Assembly: GCA_963705255.1 (NCBI GenBank) | Contig: OY970061.1 | Location: forward strand, 1,024,001 to 1,088,000 | Reading direction: 5' to 3' | Length of the DNA: 64,000 bases | Source of the DNA: an uncultured Methanoregulaceae archaeon | GTDB lineage: Archaea > Halobacteriota > Methanomicrobia > Methanomicrobiales > Methanospirillaceae | In this document: piece by piece, positions 20,626-29,450 of the stretch | Position numbering within the stretch: position 1 is the first letter of the stretch | Layout: the number at the start of each line of letters is the position of its first letter | Notes under the pieces: generated by a model | Seen by the model: only the letters and a program-made list of their open reading frames with translations | The model's database searches: none | What the model was told of the DNA's origin: nothing | Position numbers and translations under genes: made by a program

Positions 20626-20856
20626 ATGCCTGCGGGACGACCAAAAAAACTGAATAACTATGAACAGATAAAAGTGAGAAAAATCCGGAAGATTTTATCT
20701 GAAAGTAATATCCGGAAATTCGACAAGGTCAATGATTCTGCGCTTCTGAAGACAATTTACATCGATCCTTCGGGGAAAATTTTTATATGCCATGATTTCT
20801 ACGAAAATTCGATGAAAGAGATTTCTGCAATAGTTTCGGGATTTATTGAAAAATAG
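20626..20856 (+). CDS. Small basic hypothetical protein (N-terminal GRPKK motif)
   Basis: 76-aa ORF downstream of TATA-like TTTTATATAT; MPAGRPKK start. Confidence 0.55.
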   Translation: MPAGRPKKLNNYEQIKVRKIRKILSESNIRKFDKVNDSALLKTIYIDPSGKIFICHDFYENSMKEISAIVSGFIEK

Positions 20857-21292
20857 GTGCCTATTTTTGACTCGGGAAACTTGTTGGAATATTCTCCTCC
20901 CCTTTCACGAATACCGGTTTCATATCGTCCATCGTCTCTCCAGAATGGCTGATATCGCGAGGCCGGGACAACGGTCGCACTGCCGGGTATAATCCCTCCG
21001 GTAAAGGATGCCTTTTTGTAAAGGAGATCCCGGACAGACTGATCGAACAGGTGGTATCGTTCCTGCACTACTGATTAAATGAGAATACAATCCTGCATTA
21101 TTTGCGAGGGATACCCGGGTCCACAGCCAGGATCTGGACACAAATCACTATACGAGACAGGGGGAGTTCATTCTGCCGAAGGATTAGGGTTACCCGGCTC
21201 CCTCTGGCACAGAAGTGCCACTGCTCCTTTACGGTGTAAATGCCAAAACAATTTCGGTATATTTATAATATATTGCGAATGAAACTGAATTC

Positions 21293-21880
21293 TTGAAACC
21301 CCAACATCCCGAGGATACCGGATCGTCAAGCCCCCTGGGAACGATCCTGATGGTCATGATCACCATCGTGCTCGCAGCACTCGTCCTGCTCGTTGCCCTC
21401 CAGCTGCCGGGCCTGTCGTACGACCCGACGGTTCCAACCGTGTTTGAGATCACAAAAATCAAGGATATTAAGAATGGCGTGCTGAATTACGATAGTTACA
21501 TGGTAGTAAAAAACTGCGGGAGTTCCAGTTATTATAACTGGAACCTTTTCGTCCTGACTTATGTCAACGGAGCGCAGATACCTGCGGAGATACCAACCTT
21601 AAATGCCAATGCACAGGCCGCCGACCACATCCACCATGGCGTCCAGAATCTTGGGGGATTCGGATCGGAAGGGACAAGGAAAAAAGGCGATGCACTGTGG
21701 GTACCGGGAGCATCCCTTTCGATCGATTACAAGGATGGCACATTCCATCCGGGCGACATGGTCACCATCGAAGTCTACGACAACACGACAAAACAGATCC
21801 TCTCGCGCGACACCTGGCCGCATAAAGACGATCCCGGGGAGAAATTGATGAAACAATATCTCAATCATCGAGGCGCTTGA
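21293..21880 (+). CDS. Archaeal type IV pilin (class III signal peptide)
   Basis: [26 protein letters not shown]-terminal pilin helix; [14 protein letters not shown]-terminal motif; start codon uncertain. Confidence 0.8.
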   Translation: MKPQHPEDTGSSSPLGTILMVMITIVLAALVLLVALQLPGLSYDPTVPTVFEITKIKDIKNGVLNYDSYMVVKNCGSSSYYNWNLFVLTYVNGAQIPAEIPTLNANAQAADHIHHGVQNLGGFGSEGTRKKGDALWVPGASLSIDYKDGTFHPGDMVTIEVYDNTTKQILSRDTWPHKDDPGEKLMKQYLNHRGA

Positions 21881-22052
21881 AGACGCCTTTTTTCACCTTG
21901 AGGATCTTGCACTCAGGACAGCGCCATGTATCAGGAATGTCCTCAAAGGCCGTCCCGGGCGCAATCCCGTTTTTGGGGTCTCCCTTGGCCGGATCATAGA
22001 TATAATGGCATTCGAGGCATACCCACCGGGCAAGTTTTGTAACATGTGTCAT
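21861..22052 (-). CDS. Rubredoxin
   Basis: [16 protein letters not shown]...[17 protein letters not shown]. Confidence 0.95.
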   Translation of the reverse strand: MTHVTKLARWVCLECHYIYDPAKGDPKNGIAPGTAFEDIPDTWRCPECKILKVKKGVFKRLDD

Positions 22053-22152
22053 GATAATACAATTCCTGAACATGTGCCGGATGTATCATTTGATTCACCC
22101 TCCAATCATATGAAAGCATCTCTCATAGCAGCCGGAACGTTCATGGAGCATT

Positions 22153-22722
22153 TTAACAGGGATTGCGGGGATCAGGGGCAGCACTCCGGGCGCAGAGCCG
22201 TGCCACGCGCAATGGTTCGGGGATCTTACCTTCAAGGGTAAAGTCGTTACACAATACTGCCGCATCCCGGTGTTCAATGCCCCATGAACGGATGAAGATG
22301 GTCTGGTGCGTCCGCAGCGCAACCGGTGAACGTTTCCCGAGCTCCATGTACCGGGTCACCCGTGTCAGGTCGTCAGGAAAATGACGGCGGATATCCCCGA
22401 GCAGTCCGTCGGAATCCTCGTAGGTGACACAAATAACCGGGAGGCCGGTCTTTTCATGAATCACAACAGGGCTGATAACGTTAAACCAGGCGATGACGCA
22501 ACCGGACAACATAACCACGTTAAGATCGCTCCGCTCAAGGTCCCGGATCATCGCAAGTATTGTGTCGGTAGCATCCACCCCGCCAACAGTCACTGTGCCA
22601 AACGAGAAGCCGTCAATGCGGAGATCTTTTCGCATCACCACGCCGGCAAGGGTGGACAAGGTTCGCCCGGAATAACTTTCTGCTATACCGAATGCCCGCA
22701 ACCCTTTTTTCGGGACATGCAT
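22153..22722 (-). CDS. DUF99 family protein (endonuclease V-like fold)
   Basis: GIAES, TVGGVDATD, GCVIAWFNVI, IPEPLRVA. Confidence 0.85.
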   Translation of the reverse strand: MHVPKKGLRAFGIAESYSGRTLSTLAGVVMRKDLRIDGFSFGTVTVGGVDATDTILAMIRDLERSDLNVVMLSGCVIAWFNVISPVVIHEKTGLPVICVTYEDSDGLLGDIRRHFPDDLTRVTRYMELGKRSPVALRTHQTIFIRSWGIEHRDAAVLCNDFTLEGKIPEPLRVARLCARSAAPDPRNPC

Positions 22723-22760
22723 AGAAGCACTTATGATAACCGATTAAAAATACTATACCA

Positions 22761-23684
22761 ATGAAATTCAACAAAGACGAGGTCTGCATCCTCATCCCCA
22801 CGCTCAATGAAGGTCCCACTATTGGAACTGTTGTCAGGGAATTCAAGGGACTCGGATACGACCATATTCTCGTAGTTGACGGGAAGAGTACCGATAACAC
22901 GGTAAAAATTGCCCGGGAAGCCGGGGCAAATGTCCGCACACAATCGGGCGTGGGCAAAGGCAATGCAATTATCGAGGCTTTTGAAGTCATCGAGCAGCCT
23001 TATATTCTCATGGTTGACGGTGACGGCACCTACTCGGCAAAAGATGCGGAAAAGATGCTGACCCCCCTGTTCCTGGGATTTGACCAGGTCATCGGGGATC
23101 GCCTCATCAACGCAGAAGAAGGCTCATTCTCTGGGCTCAACCTCTTTGGCAACCATATGCTGAACCTCCTTTTCAAAGTGGCCCACAGCAGGGACCTTCA
23201 TGATATCCTGTCGGGATACCGCGCCTTCACCAAGTTAGCGGTCCAGCAGATGCATCTGAAAGAGAAAGGGTTCGAGATCGAAACGGAAATCTCAGTTGAG
23301 TCCGTGCGGAACGGCCAGAGGATCATGGTCGTCCCCATCCGGTATTCCCGGCGCCCGGGGACGGCGACAAAACTTTCCCCGTTCCATGACGGTATCAAGA
23401 TTGTGAGCACGATATACCGGCTTGCACGGGTCAATAACCCCATGTTCTATTTTGGCATGATGGGCATTTTCACATCCCTCTTGGGCATCCTCACCGGGAT
23501 TTATGTCGTGCAGGAGTGGCTGCACGGGATCAACCACATTCCCCTGACGATCCTCACGGTGCTGCTTATCGTCGTTGGTATAGAAATTTTCATGTTCGGT
23601 ATGATCAGCGATATGCTTCTTGTCTTCCACCGGGAAATTATCCGTGAGATCCAGCTCCTCCAGTCCCCGAAGTCTCCGAAGTAA
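22761..23684 (+). CDS. aglJ: GT2 dolichol-phosphate glycosyltransferase, AglJ-like
   Basis: LIPTLNE, VVDGKSTD, DGDGTY, DILSGYRAF, GFEIETE, KLSPFHDG plus two C-terminal TMs. Confidence 0.82.
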   Translation: MKFNKDEVCILIPTLNEGPTIGTVVREFKGLGYDHILVVDGKSTDNTVKIAREAGANVRTQSGVGKGNAIIEAFEVIEQPYILMVDGDGTYSAKDAEKMLTPLFLGFDQVIGDRLINAEEGSFSGLNLFGNHMLNLLFKVAHSRDLHDILSGYRAFTKLAVQQMHLKEKGFEIETEISVESVRNGQRIMVVPIRYSRRPGTATKLSPFHDGIKIVSTIYRLARVNNPMFYFGMMGIFTSLLGILTGIYVVQEWLHGINHIPLTILTVLLIVVGIEIFMFGMISDMLLVFHREIIREIQLLQSPKSPK

Positions 23685-23707
23685 TCTTTTCTGCCTTGTC
23701 CTGAAAA

Positions 23708-23724
23708 TTTTTTTAATACCACAC
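23708..23724 (+). repeat. Left direct repeat of AT-rich cassette (TTTTTTTAATACCACAC)
   Basis: Identical 17-mer at 25017-25033; extends to 20/21 with the following xGTT. Confidence 0.85.
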
Positions 23725-23973
23725 GGTTGATTGTTAATTATTTAAAAAATAATTTGAATAAAGTTCAATTTCCCCATAGCAGCACTTTAACACCGATGGT
23801 GCGATGCTCTTTTCTGAAAAATCTTAAGTACTAGCGAAAGTGCAATCAATTTGACACTGTTTTTTTCATCCATATACAAATGTGAATAACGACATCACAC
23901 ATTCGATTAAACAATACGTTTATTATTCACCTAATTATAATTGCATTGAATAGCAGATTTGCTGGAATCCCCA

Positions 23974-24528
23974 ATGCCAGATGAAATTCCCCAAATAGAT
24001 GAAAAGTGCGACGAGGAAACTATAGCAAAAGATGAGCTTATTCTAAATTTGATTTCACGTCGTAATGATGCGGAATTTGAAAGAAATAACATTCTTGACA
24101 ACAAAGCAAGTGGCATTATTGGATTTGCTGGAATTATTATCGGTCTACTTGGAACTATAATTTCATTTTTATTAGATAAATTAACTCAGGGATCATCTCT
24201 TTTAATTTACTATAACAGTTATCGAGTAATTTTACTATTTGGAATTTTGTTTTTAGCAGCAGCAATAATCTTATGTTGCTATGCATATTCGATTAAAGTC
24301 TATACGATAGTTCCAAAAACAGATATGTTAATTGAAAATTATGCGAGGGATAAAAAAAAGAATAAATGCACTGTTATTCGTGTTGTTGGTCAAGAAATTT
24401 CTCTAGGAATCTTAAAAAATGCTGCAATTAATGATGAAAAAGCGAAATGTGTGAAGTATGGATTACGATTATATGCCTTTGGAATGGCATTAACCGTACT
24501 TTTTTTTATAGGTCTTTTAATGGTTTAA
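23974..24528 (+). CDS. 3-TM membrane protein resembling Pycsar/CBASS-type membrane effectors
   Basis: NILDNKASGIIGFAGIIIG (TM1), second TM, KNAAINDEKAKCV then TM3; AT-rich codon usage; family similarity judged by eye. Confidence 0.6.
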   Translation: MPDEIPQIDEKCDEETIAKDELILNLISRRNDAEFERNNILDNKASGIIGFAGIIIGLLGTIISFLLDKLTQGSSLLIYYNSYRVILLFGILFLAAAIILCCYAYSIKVYTIVPKTDMLIENYARDKKKNKCTVIRVVGQEISLGILKNAAINDEKAKCVKYGLRLYAFGMALTVLFFIGLLMV

Positions 24529-24540
24529 AGAGGTCAACTT

Positions 24541-24684
24541 ATGGAGAAAGAACAGGTTATTGGTAAAAAAGCACCGCCGGAAAAATCCAGTGATACCCAA
24601 ACAGTGTCATGGGGCACTAATGATCGAACATTAAGAGATGTTCAACTGAATAAACAACCTATTCCGAAAAGAGGGAAGAAGTAA
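24541..24684 (+). CDS. SWGT-motif peptide 1 (47 aa)
   Basis: MEKEQVIGKKAPPEKSSDTQTVSWGTNDRTLRDVQLNKQPIPKRGKK*; SD-like GAGGT upstream. Confidence 0.8.
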   Translation: MEKEQVIGKKAPPEKSSDTQTVSWGTNDRTLRDVQLNKQPIPKRGKK

Positions 24685-24816
24685 ATGGCGGAGAAAGAAA
24701 AAACCGATGAGAAGCCAAAAACAGAATCATGGGGTACTGAAGATCCTAAGATTAGAGAAGATCGAGCGTTATCAAGAAATGAGGAGCGCAAGAAGAAAGA
24801 ACTAAACGAAGAGTGA
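24685..24816 (+). CDS. SWGT-motif peptide 2 (43 aa)
   Basis: MAEKEKTDEKPKTESWGTEDPKIREDRALSRNEERKKKELNEE*; ATG directly follows the TAA of peptide 1. Confidence 0.8.
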   Translation: MAEKEKTDEKPKTESWGTEDPKIREDRALSRNEERKKKELNEE

Positions 24817-24820
24817 TCAA

Positions 24821-24955
24821 ATGACTGACGAACCTAAAAAAAGGCAGGAACCAACTAATACAACAAGCTGGGGAACAGCTGATCCAAGTTTGAGAGATGA
24901 AATCAAAGAAGCAAGAGTTCCTCGAAAACGTGATCCCAATGAAATAATCAAATAA
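24821..24955 (+). CDS. SWGT-motif peptide 3 (44 aa)
   Basis: MTDEPKKRQEPTNTTSWGTADPSLRDEIKEARVPRKRDPNEIIK*; SD-like GAGTGAT upstream; T-rich tract downstream. Confidence 0.8.
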   Translation: MTDEPKKRQEPTNTTSWGTADPSLRDEIKEARVPRKRDPNEIIK

Positions 24956-25016
24956 TCTTCTTTTACAATTTTTATAAATGTTTAATTATAGATATTTCAA
25001 AAATTGGTTTTCTATG

Positions 25017-25033
25017 TTTTTTTAATACCACAC
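25017..25033 (+). repeat. Right direct repeat of AT-rich cassette
   Basis: TTTTTTTAATACCACAC identical to 23708-23724; composition returns towards genome average after it. Confidence 0.85.
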
Positions 25034-25328
25034 TGTTACGGTAAATACCTTGAGAAATAACCGGAATGATGGTAGGGCAGTGCTGAACCCGCCTGTCTCG
25101 TATGGAGTGGGTGGGACTCAGGAATATAAAAAGCAACAGAGGTGAAAAAAGTCATCGGCTGCAGCATTTCTTGCACGCTTTTATGCATACCGGAGAGCGC
25201 CGGTTCAGGTGAGCAATGCGGGATAAAGCGAGGGGAATCGATGTTCGTTCGCAAAGAGAGAGAAGAACAATTTCCGGATTGGGATTTTTTCCGAAAACCT
25301 TTTTTGTGTATTTCCTAAAGAATTACTT

Positions 25329-25547
25329 ATGCAGTCGATAGATGGGTATATCGGGTATACGCGTCGGGAATATTGTAATGATGTGAAATGCCCGATACAA
25401 CTGCTCCTGAATAACGAAGTGGAAAAATCTCCCAAATATGAAGAAATCCGGGCGATTTGTGCTTCCAATTGTCTCCACAGCACCCATGAATTTCACCACT
25501 GGTTGACAGGGAAGGGATATCTCGTCGTCAGACCGGAGCACAAATAA
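25329..25547 (+). CDS. Small Cys/His-rich putative metal-binding protein
   Basis: YC-x4-CP, IC-x3-C, HEFHHWL; first gene of the lsrF-ADH unit. Confidence 0.7.
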   Translation: MQSIDGYIGYTRREYCNDVKCPIQLLLNNEVEKSPKYEEIRAICASNCLHSTHEFHHWLTGKGYLVVRPEHK

Positions 25548-25597
25548 CCCCAGCTTTTTATACATTTGTGTATCACTAATTCTCGTGAAGTGTCCCC

Positions 25598-26422
25598 ATG
25601 GTACATGCATATCTTGATATTGGAATCCAGAGCCGGATGAACCGGATAATCAATCCGAAAGATAACCGGGTAGTGATGCTTGCGATAGACCATCCCTATT
25701 TCCAGGGACCGACAACGGGCCTCCGCACCATGAGTAACACCATAACAACACTCCTCCCCTATTGCGATTGCCTGATGACGACACGCGGGGCAGTGCGGTC
25801 CAATATTGCGCCCGAAAATGTCGGGTCAAAACCCATCATGTTACGTGTTACCGGGGGAAACAGCGTCTTAAATGAAGAGTTAAGTGATGAAAAGCTCACG
25901 GTTACAATAAAAGAAGCCATCCGGATGGATGCGGCCGGTGTCGCGGTCAGTGTGTATATAGGCTCTGCCAATCAGCAACAGACTATTCTCAACCTCACCG
26001 ACATGATCAACCAGGCCGGCGAATACGGAATTCCCGTTCTGGCAGTAACAGCCGTGGGGAAAAACATGGCCCGGGATTTGCGCTATCTGGCGCTTGCATC
26101 CCGTATCTGCCAGGATGCCGGGGCCCGGATTATCAAGACTTATTATTGTGAGGAATTTTCCCGGCTTGTCGACTGGGTTTCCCCGACTGCTGTCGTGGTT
26201 GCAGGAGGGAAATACTCAAGTCCTCCTGACGCTCTCCAGATGGCCTACGACTCTGTCCAGGCCGGTGCTGTCGGAGTTGATTTCGGACGAAATATTTTCC
26301 AGGATGCCAATCCTGTCGGCATGATCAAAGCCATTGGTTCAATTGTCCATGGAAATCATACCGTAAAGGAAGCCCTGGATATTTACAATGCATGCTTACC
26401 CGGTGCATGCAAGCTCGACTGA
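25598..26422 (+). CDS. lsrF: LsrF-like thiolase / class I (DhnA-family) aldolase
   Basis: MLAIDHPYFQGPTTGL, LAVTAVGKNMARD, IIKTYYC, VVAGG, GVDFGRNIFQ. Confidence 0.82.
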   Translation: MVHAYLDIGIQSRMNRIINPKDNRVVMLAIDHPYFQGPTTGLRTMSNTITTLLPYCDCLMTTRGAVRSNIAPENVGSKPIMLRVTGGNSVLNEELSDEKLTVTIKEAIRMDAAGVAVSVYIGSANQQQTILNLTDMINQAGEYGIPVLAVTAVGKNMARDLRYLALASRICQDAGARIIKTYYCEEFSRLVDWVSPTAVVVAGGKYSSPPDALQMAYDSVQAGAVGVDFGRNIFQDANPVGMIKAIGSIVHGNHTVKEALDIYNACLPGACKLD

Positions 26423-26464
26423 TTTTTTATCTCTTAAACAGTTACTCTCCACTCGTGAACAGGA

Positions 26465-27517
26465 ATGAAAGCAGCGGTCTATTATAAGAACAGTGACATC
26501 CGCACCGAGGATGTTGAAGATCCGGCAGTCGGACCAGGAGAGATCAAGGTCAGGATCATGGCGTGCGGAGTGTGCGGGTCGGATGTCATGGAATGGTACC
26601 GGATTAAGCGTGCGGGAAGGCCCGGCGGGATCGGGGCCTTTGGGCATGAATGCACGGGAATCATTGCAGAAGCCGGTCCCGGCGCAGACAAAAAATGGAA
26701 GGTGGGAGACCGGGTCGTGGTCACCCATCATGTACCATGCACTACGTGTAATGCCTGTATACGCGGGCATACGACCGCATGTGACACGCTGCAAAAAACC
26801 AAATTCAAGAATGCGTACGGGGCGTTTGCGGAATATGTGGTGCTGCCCGCAATCAACGTGGACCGGGGTATATTACGCCTCCCCGAATCGGTTTCTTTTG
26901 ATGCGGGAACCTTTGTTGAACCCCTCGGGTGTGTAGTCCGCGGGCAGCAACTGGCTCCGACCTCGGATGGCCGGTCAGTCCTTATCATTGGCGCCGGGAT
27001 CACCGGACTGCTGCATGTCCAGGCAGCCCGGCTGAACGGTGCGGGATTTATTGCTGTTTCCAACCCGAGTCCTGATCGGTTGAAGGCCGCCCGGAAATTC
27101 GGTGCCGATGCAACCATTTCCGCTACGGAAGATGTTCCCGGAAGGTTTAAAGAATTAAATGGCGGCCTGGGCGCAGACACCGTCATCATGACCGCACCGG
27201 TTCCCGTCTGCGTGAAACAGTCGCTTGACGCAGTCGGACCCGGGGGTACGATCTTATTTTTTGCCCCCACAAATCCTGAGATCCAATCCGAAATCAATCT
27301 CTGGAACCTGTGGCAGAAAGAGATCACAATCACCCATTCCTATGCTGCCGATCTCCATAACCTGACAACTGCCCTGAAATGGATCCAGTATAACCGGATA
27401 AATGTAGCCGATATGATAACCCATGTTCTTCCCTTACAAGAAACGGCTGAAGGTTTTCTCCTGACTGCCCGGCACCGGGACGGTAGTTTAAAAGTTATCA
27501 TCCATCCACAGGAATAA
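26465..27517 (+). CDS. Zn-dependent medium-chain alcohol dehydrogenase
   Basis: CGVCGSD, GHE, CxxCxxC..C structural Zn, GAGITG. Confidence 0.92.
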   Translation: MKAAVYYKNSDIRTEDVEDPAVGPGEIKVRIMACGVCGSDVMEWYRIKRAGRPGGIGAFGHECTGIIAEAGPGADKKWKVGDRVVVTHHVPCTTCNACIRGHTTACDTLQKTKFKNAYGAFAEYVVLPAINVDRGILRLPESVSFDAGTFVEPLGCVVRGQQLAPTSDGRSVLIIGAGITGLLHVQAARLNGAGFIAVSNPSPDRLKAARKFGADATISATEDVPGRFKELNGGLGADTVIMTAPVPVCVKQSLDAVGPGGTILFFAPTNPEIQSEINLWNLWQKEITITHSYAADLHNLTTALKWIQYNRINVADMITHVLPLQETAEGFLLTARHRDGSLKVIIHPQE

Positions 27518-27811
27518 CATCTTTTTGCTCCATTATCTGCATTGTGGTCTGATGCATTCGCGGGACGGTTGGAATAGCAGCTCATTTCAGATTACGAAGA
27601 AAACGATCTCATCGGGTCCCGACCGTGCAGAAGAACCGGTTCCCGGATATTCTTTAAAAAAAAGTTTTTAGGCCTTTTTTTACCTTTCGCGGGAATGCAA
27701 GAGATTATTACTACTTCTGACATAACCCCTTTTTATACAGGATCGCACTCATCTCGCTTCTCCGGCATTCCGTTGCGAACGAAATGCGGCCCTGGATTCA
27801 GGATGTGAATC

Positions 27812-29402
27812 GTGAATCTGCGACAACCCAATGCAAATGAGGCAACAGGTACCATAAACCGTTCGAGAAATGTCTCCCCAATGTCCGGGATCTGTTCCCG
27901 GTGTATTGACGGGTGCAAGGGAAACTGCGAGTTATGGCTGTCATCATTCCGGGGGAGGGAAGTACCTCTATCCCGGACCATTCGGGGAAGTCACTGCGGG
28001 GGCTGACAAGAATTATCCCGTCGACTATTCCCACCTCAACATCCAGGGGTATGCCGTCGGTGCCAAAGGTATGCCTGAAGGTGTAGAGGCAGGTCCTGAT
28101 ACCGCGGTCTTCTCATCGGTCAATACCGAGACATCGTACGGGTGGAATCTCAAAGTAAAGATGCGCCTCCCCATCTTTACCGGTGCTTTGGGTTCGACTG
28201 AGATCGCACGGGTGAACTGGGAGCAGATTGCAATTGGAGCAGCGATTTCCGGAATAACCTGTGTCTGCGGTGAAAATGTCTGTGGTGTTGACCCCCAGCT
28301 TGAACTGGACATGAATGGAAAAGTGAAAAAATCGCCGGAAATGGACAGGCGCGTGGAAATTTACCGCCGTTTTTCTGAAGGATACGGTGAAATGCTGGTC
28401 CAGATGAATGTCGAGGACACACGGATCGGTGCTGCTGAATATGTGGCGAGCAGGCATAACTTGGAAACGATCGAACTCAAATGGGGCCAAGGTGCAAAAA
28501 GTATCGGGGGTGAGATCAAAGTCCCGACTCTGGAACGCGCGGCCGAGTTGAAAAAAAGAGGGTATATCGTACTACCGGACCCGACGGTGAAAGTACATCA
28601 GATATCCTTTAAATCAGGTGCCGTAAGGGAGTTCGAACGTCACTCAAGACTAGGGTTTGTGACCCGGGAGGGATTTCTGGAAGAAGTTGATCGTCTCCGG
28701 GATATCGGCTTCAAACGGATCACCCTGAAGACCGGGGCCTATTCCGCGGTGGAACTTGCAATGGCCATCCGGTATGGAGCAGAAGCAAAGATAGACCTGC
28801 TCACCATCGATGGGGCCTCGGGAGGTACGGGTATGAGTCCGTGGCCGATGATGAATGAGTGGGGGATCCCCACTTTTTACCTCCAGTCACTGATGTACGA
28901 ATTCTGCGAGCGGTTGAGCCGCAAGGGTATGAAAGTCCCGGATATCGCGATGGCCGGGGGGTTCACGGATGAGCCAAACGTCTTCAAGGCACTGGCCATG
29001 GGAAGCCCTTACGTTAAGGCGGTCTGTATGGGGAGGGGCCTGATGATTCCCGCGATGGTGGGAAAAAATATCGGCAAGTGGCTTGCTGCCGGTGAACTGC
29101 CGAAAACCGTCTCGAAATACGGGACGGTTGCAGAAAAGATATTTGTCTGTTATGAGGATCTGAAGCAGAAATATGGAGAACGTATGAAAGAAATACCACT
29201 CGGCGCACTTGGCATGTATACCTTTGCCGAGAAGTTCCGGACCGGTTTCCAGCAGATTATGGCAGGAACCAGAAATTTCTCCATACCGTATGTTTCGCGC
29301 CGGGACGTCATGGCGCTTACCGAGGAGGCTGCAACTATTTCCGGTATCGCCTACGTAATGAAGGCTTATAAAGATGAGGCGCTTGAAATTCTGCTGGACT
29401 GA
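27812..29402 (+). CDS. FMN-binding glutamate synthase family protein (stand-alone type), frameshift near 27965
   Basis: N-terminal SGICSRCIDGCKGNC...SFRGREV joins LYPGPFG in another frame; ELKWGQGAKSIGGE, TIDGASGGTGMSP. Confidence 0.88.
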
Positions 29403-29450
29403 TGAACATCAGGCTCTGAATTTTTTAGCGAACCACTATTTATATACCGA

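Noticed and set aside
23974-24955. Calling the cassette a bona fide Pycsar/CBASS system or a RiPP cluster
   Set aside because: No nucleotide cyclase, CD-NTase, radical SAM, YcaO or peptidase gene in the cassette or window; only resemblance of the TM protein and precursor-like peptides.
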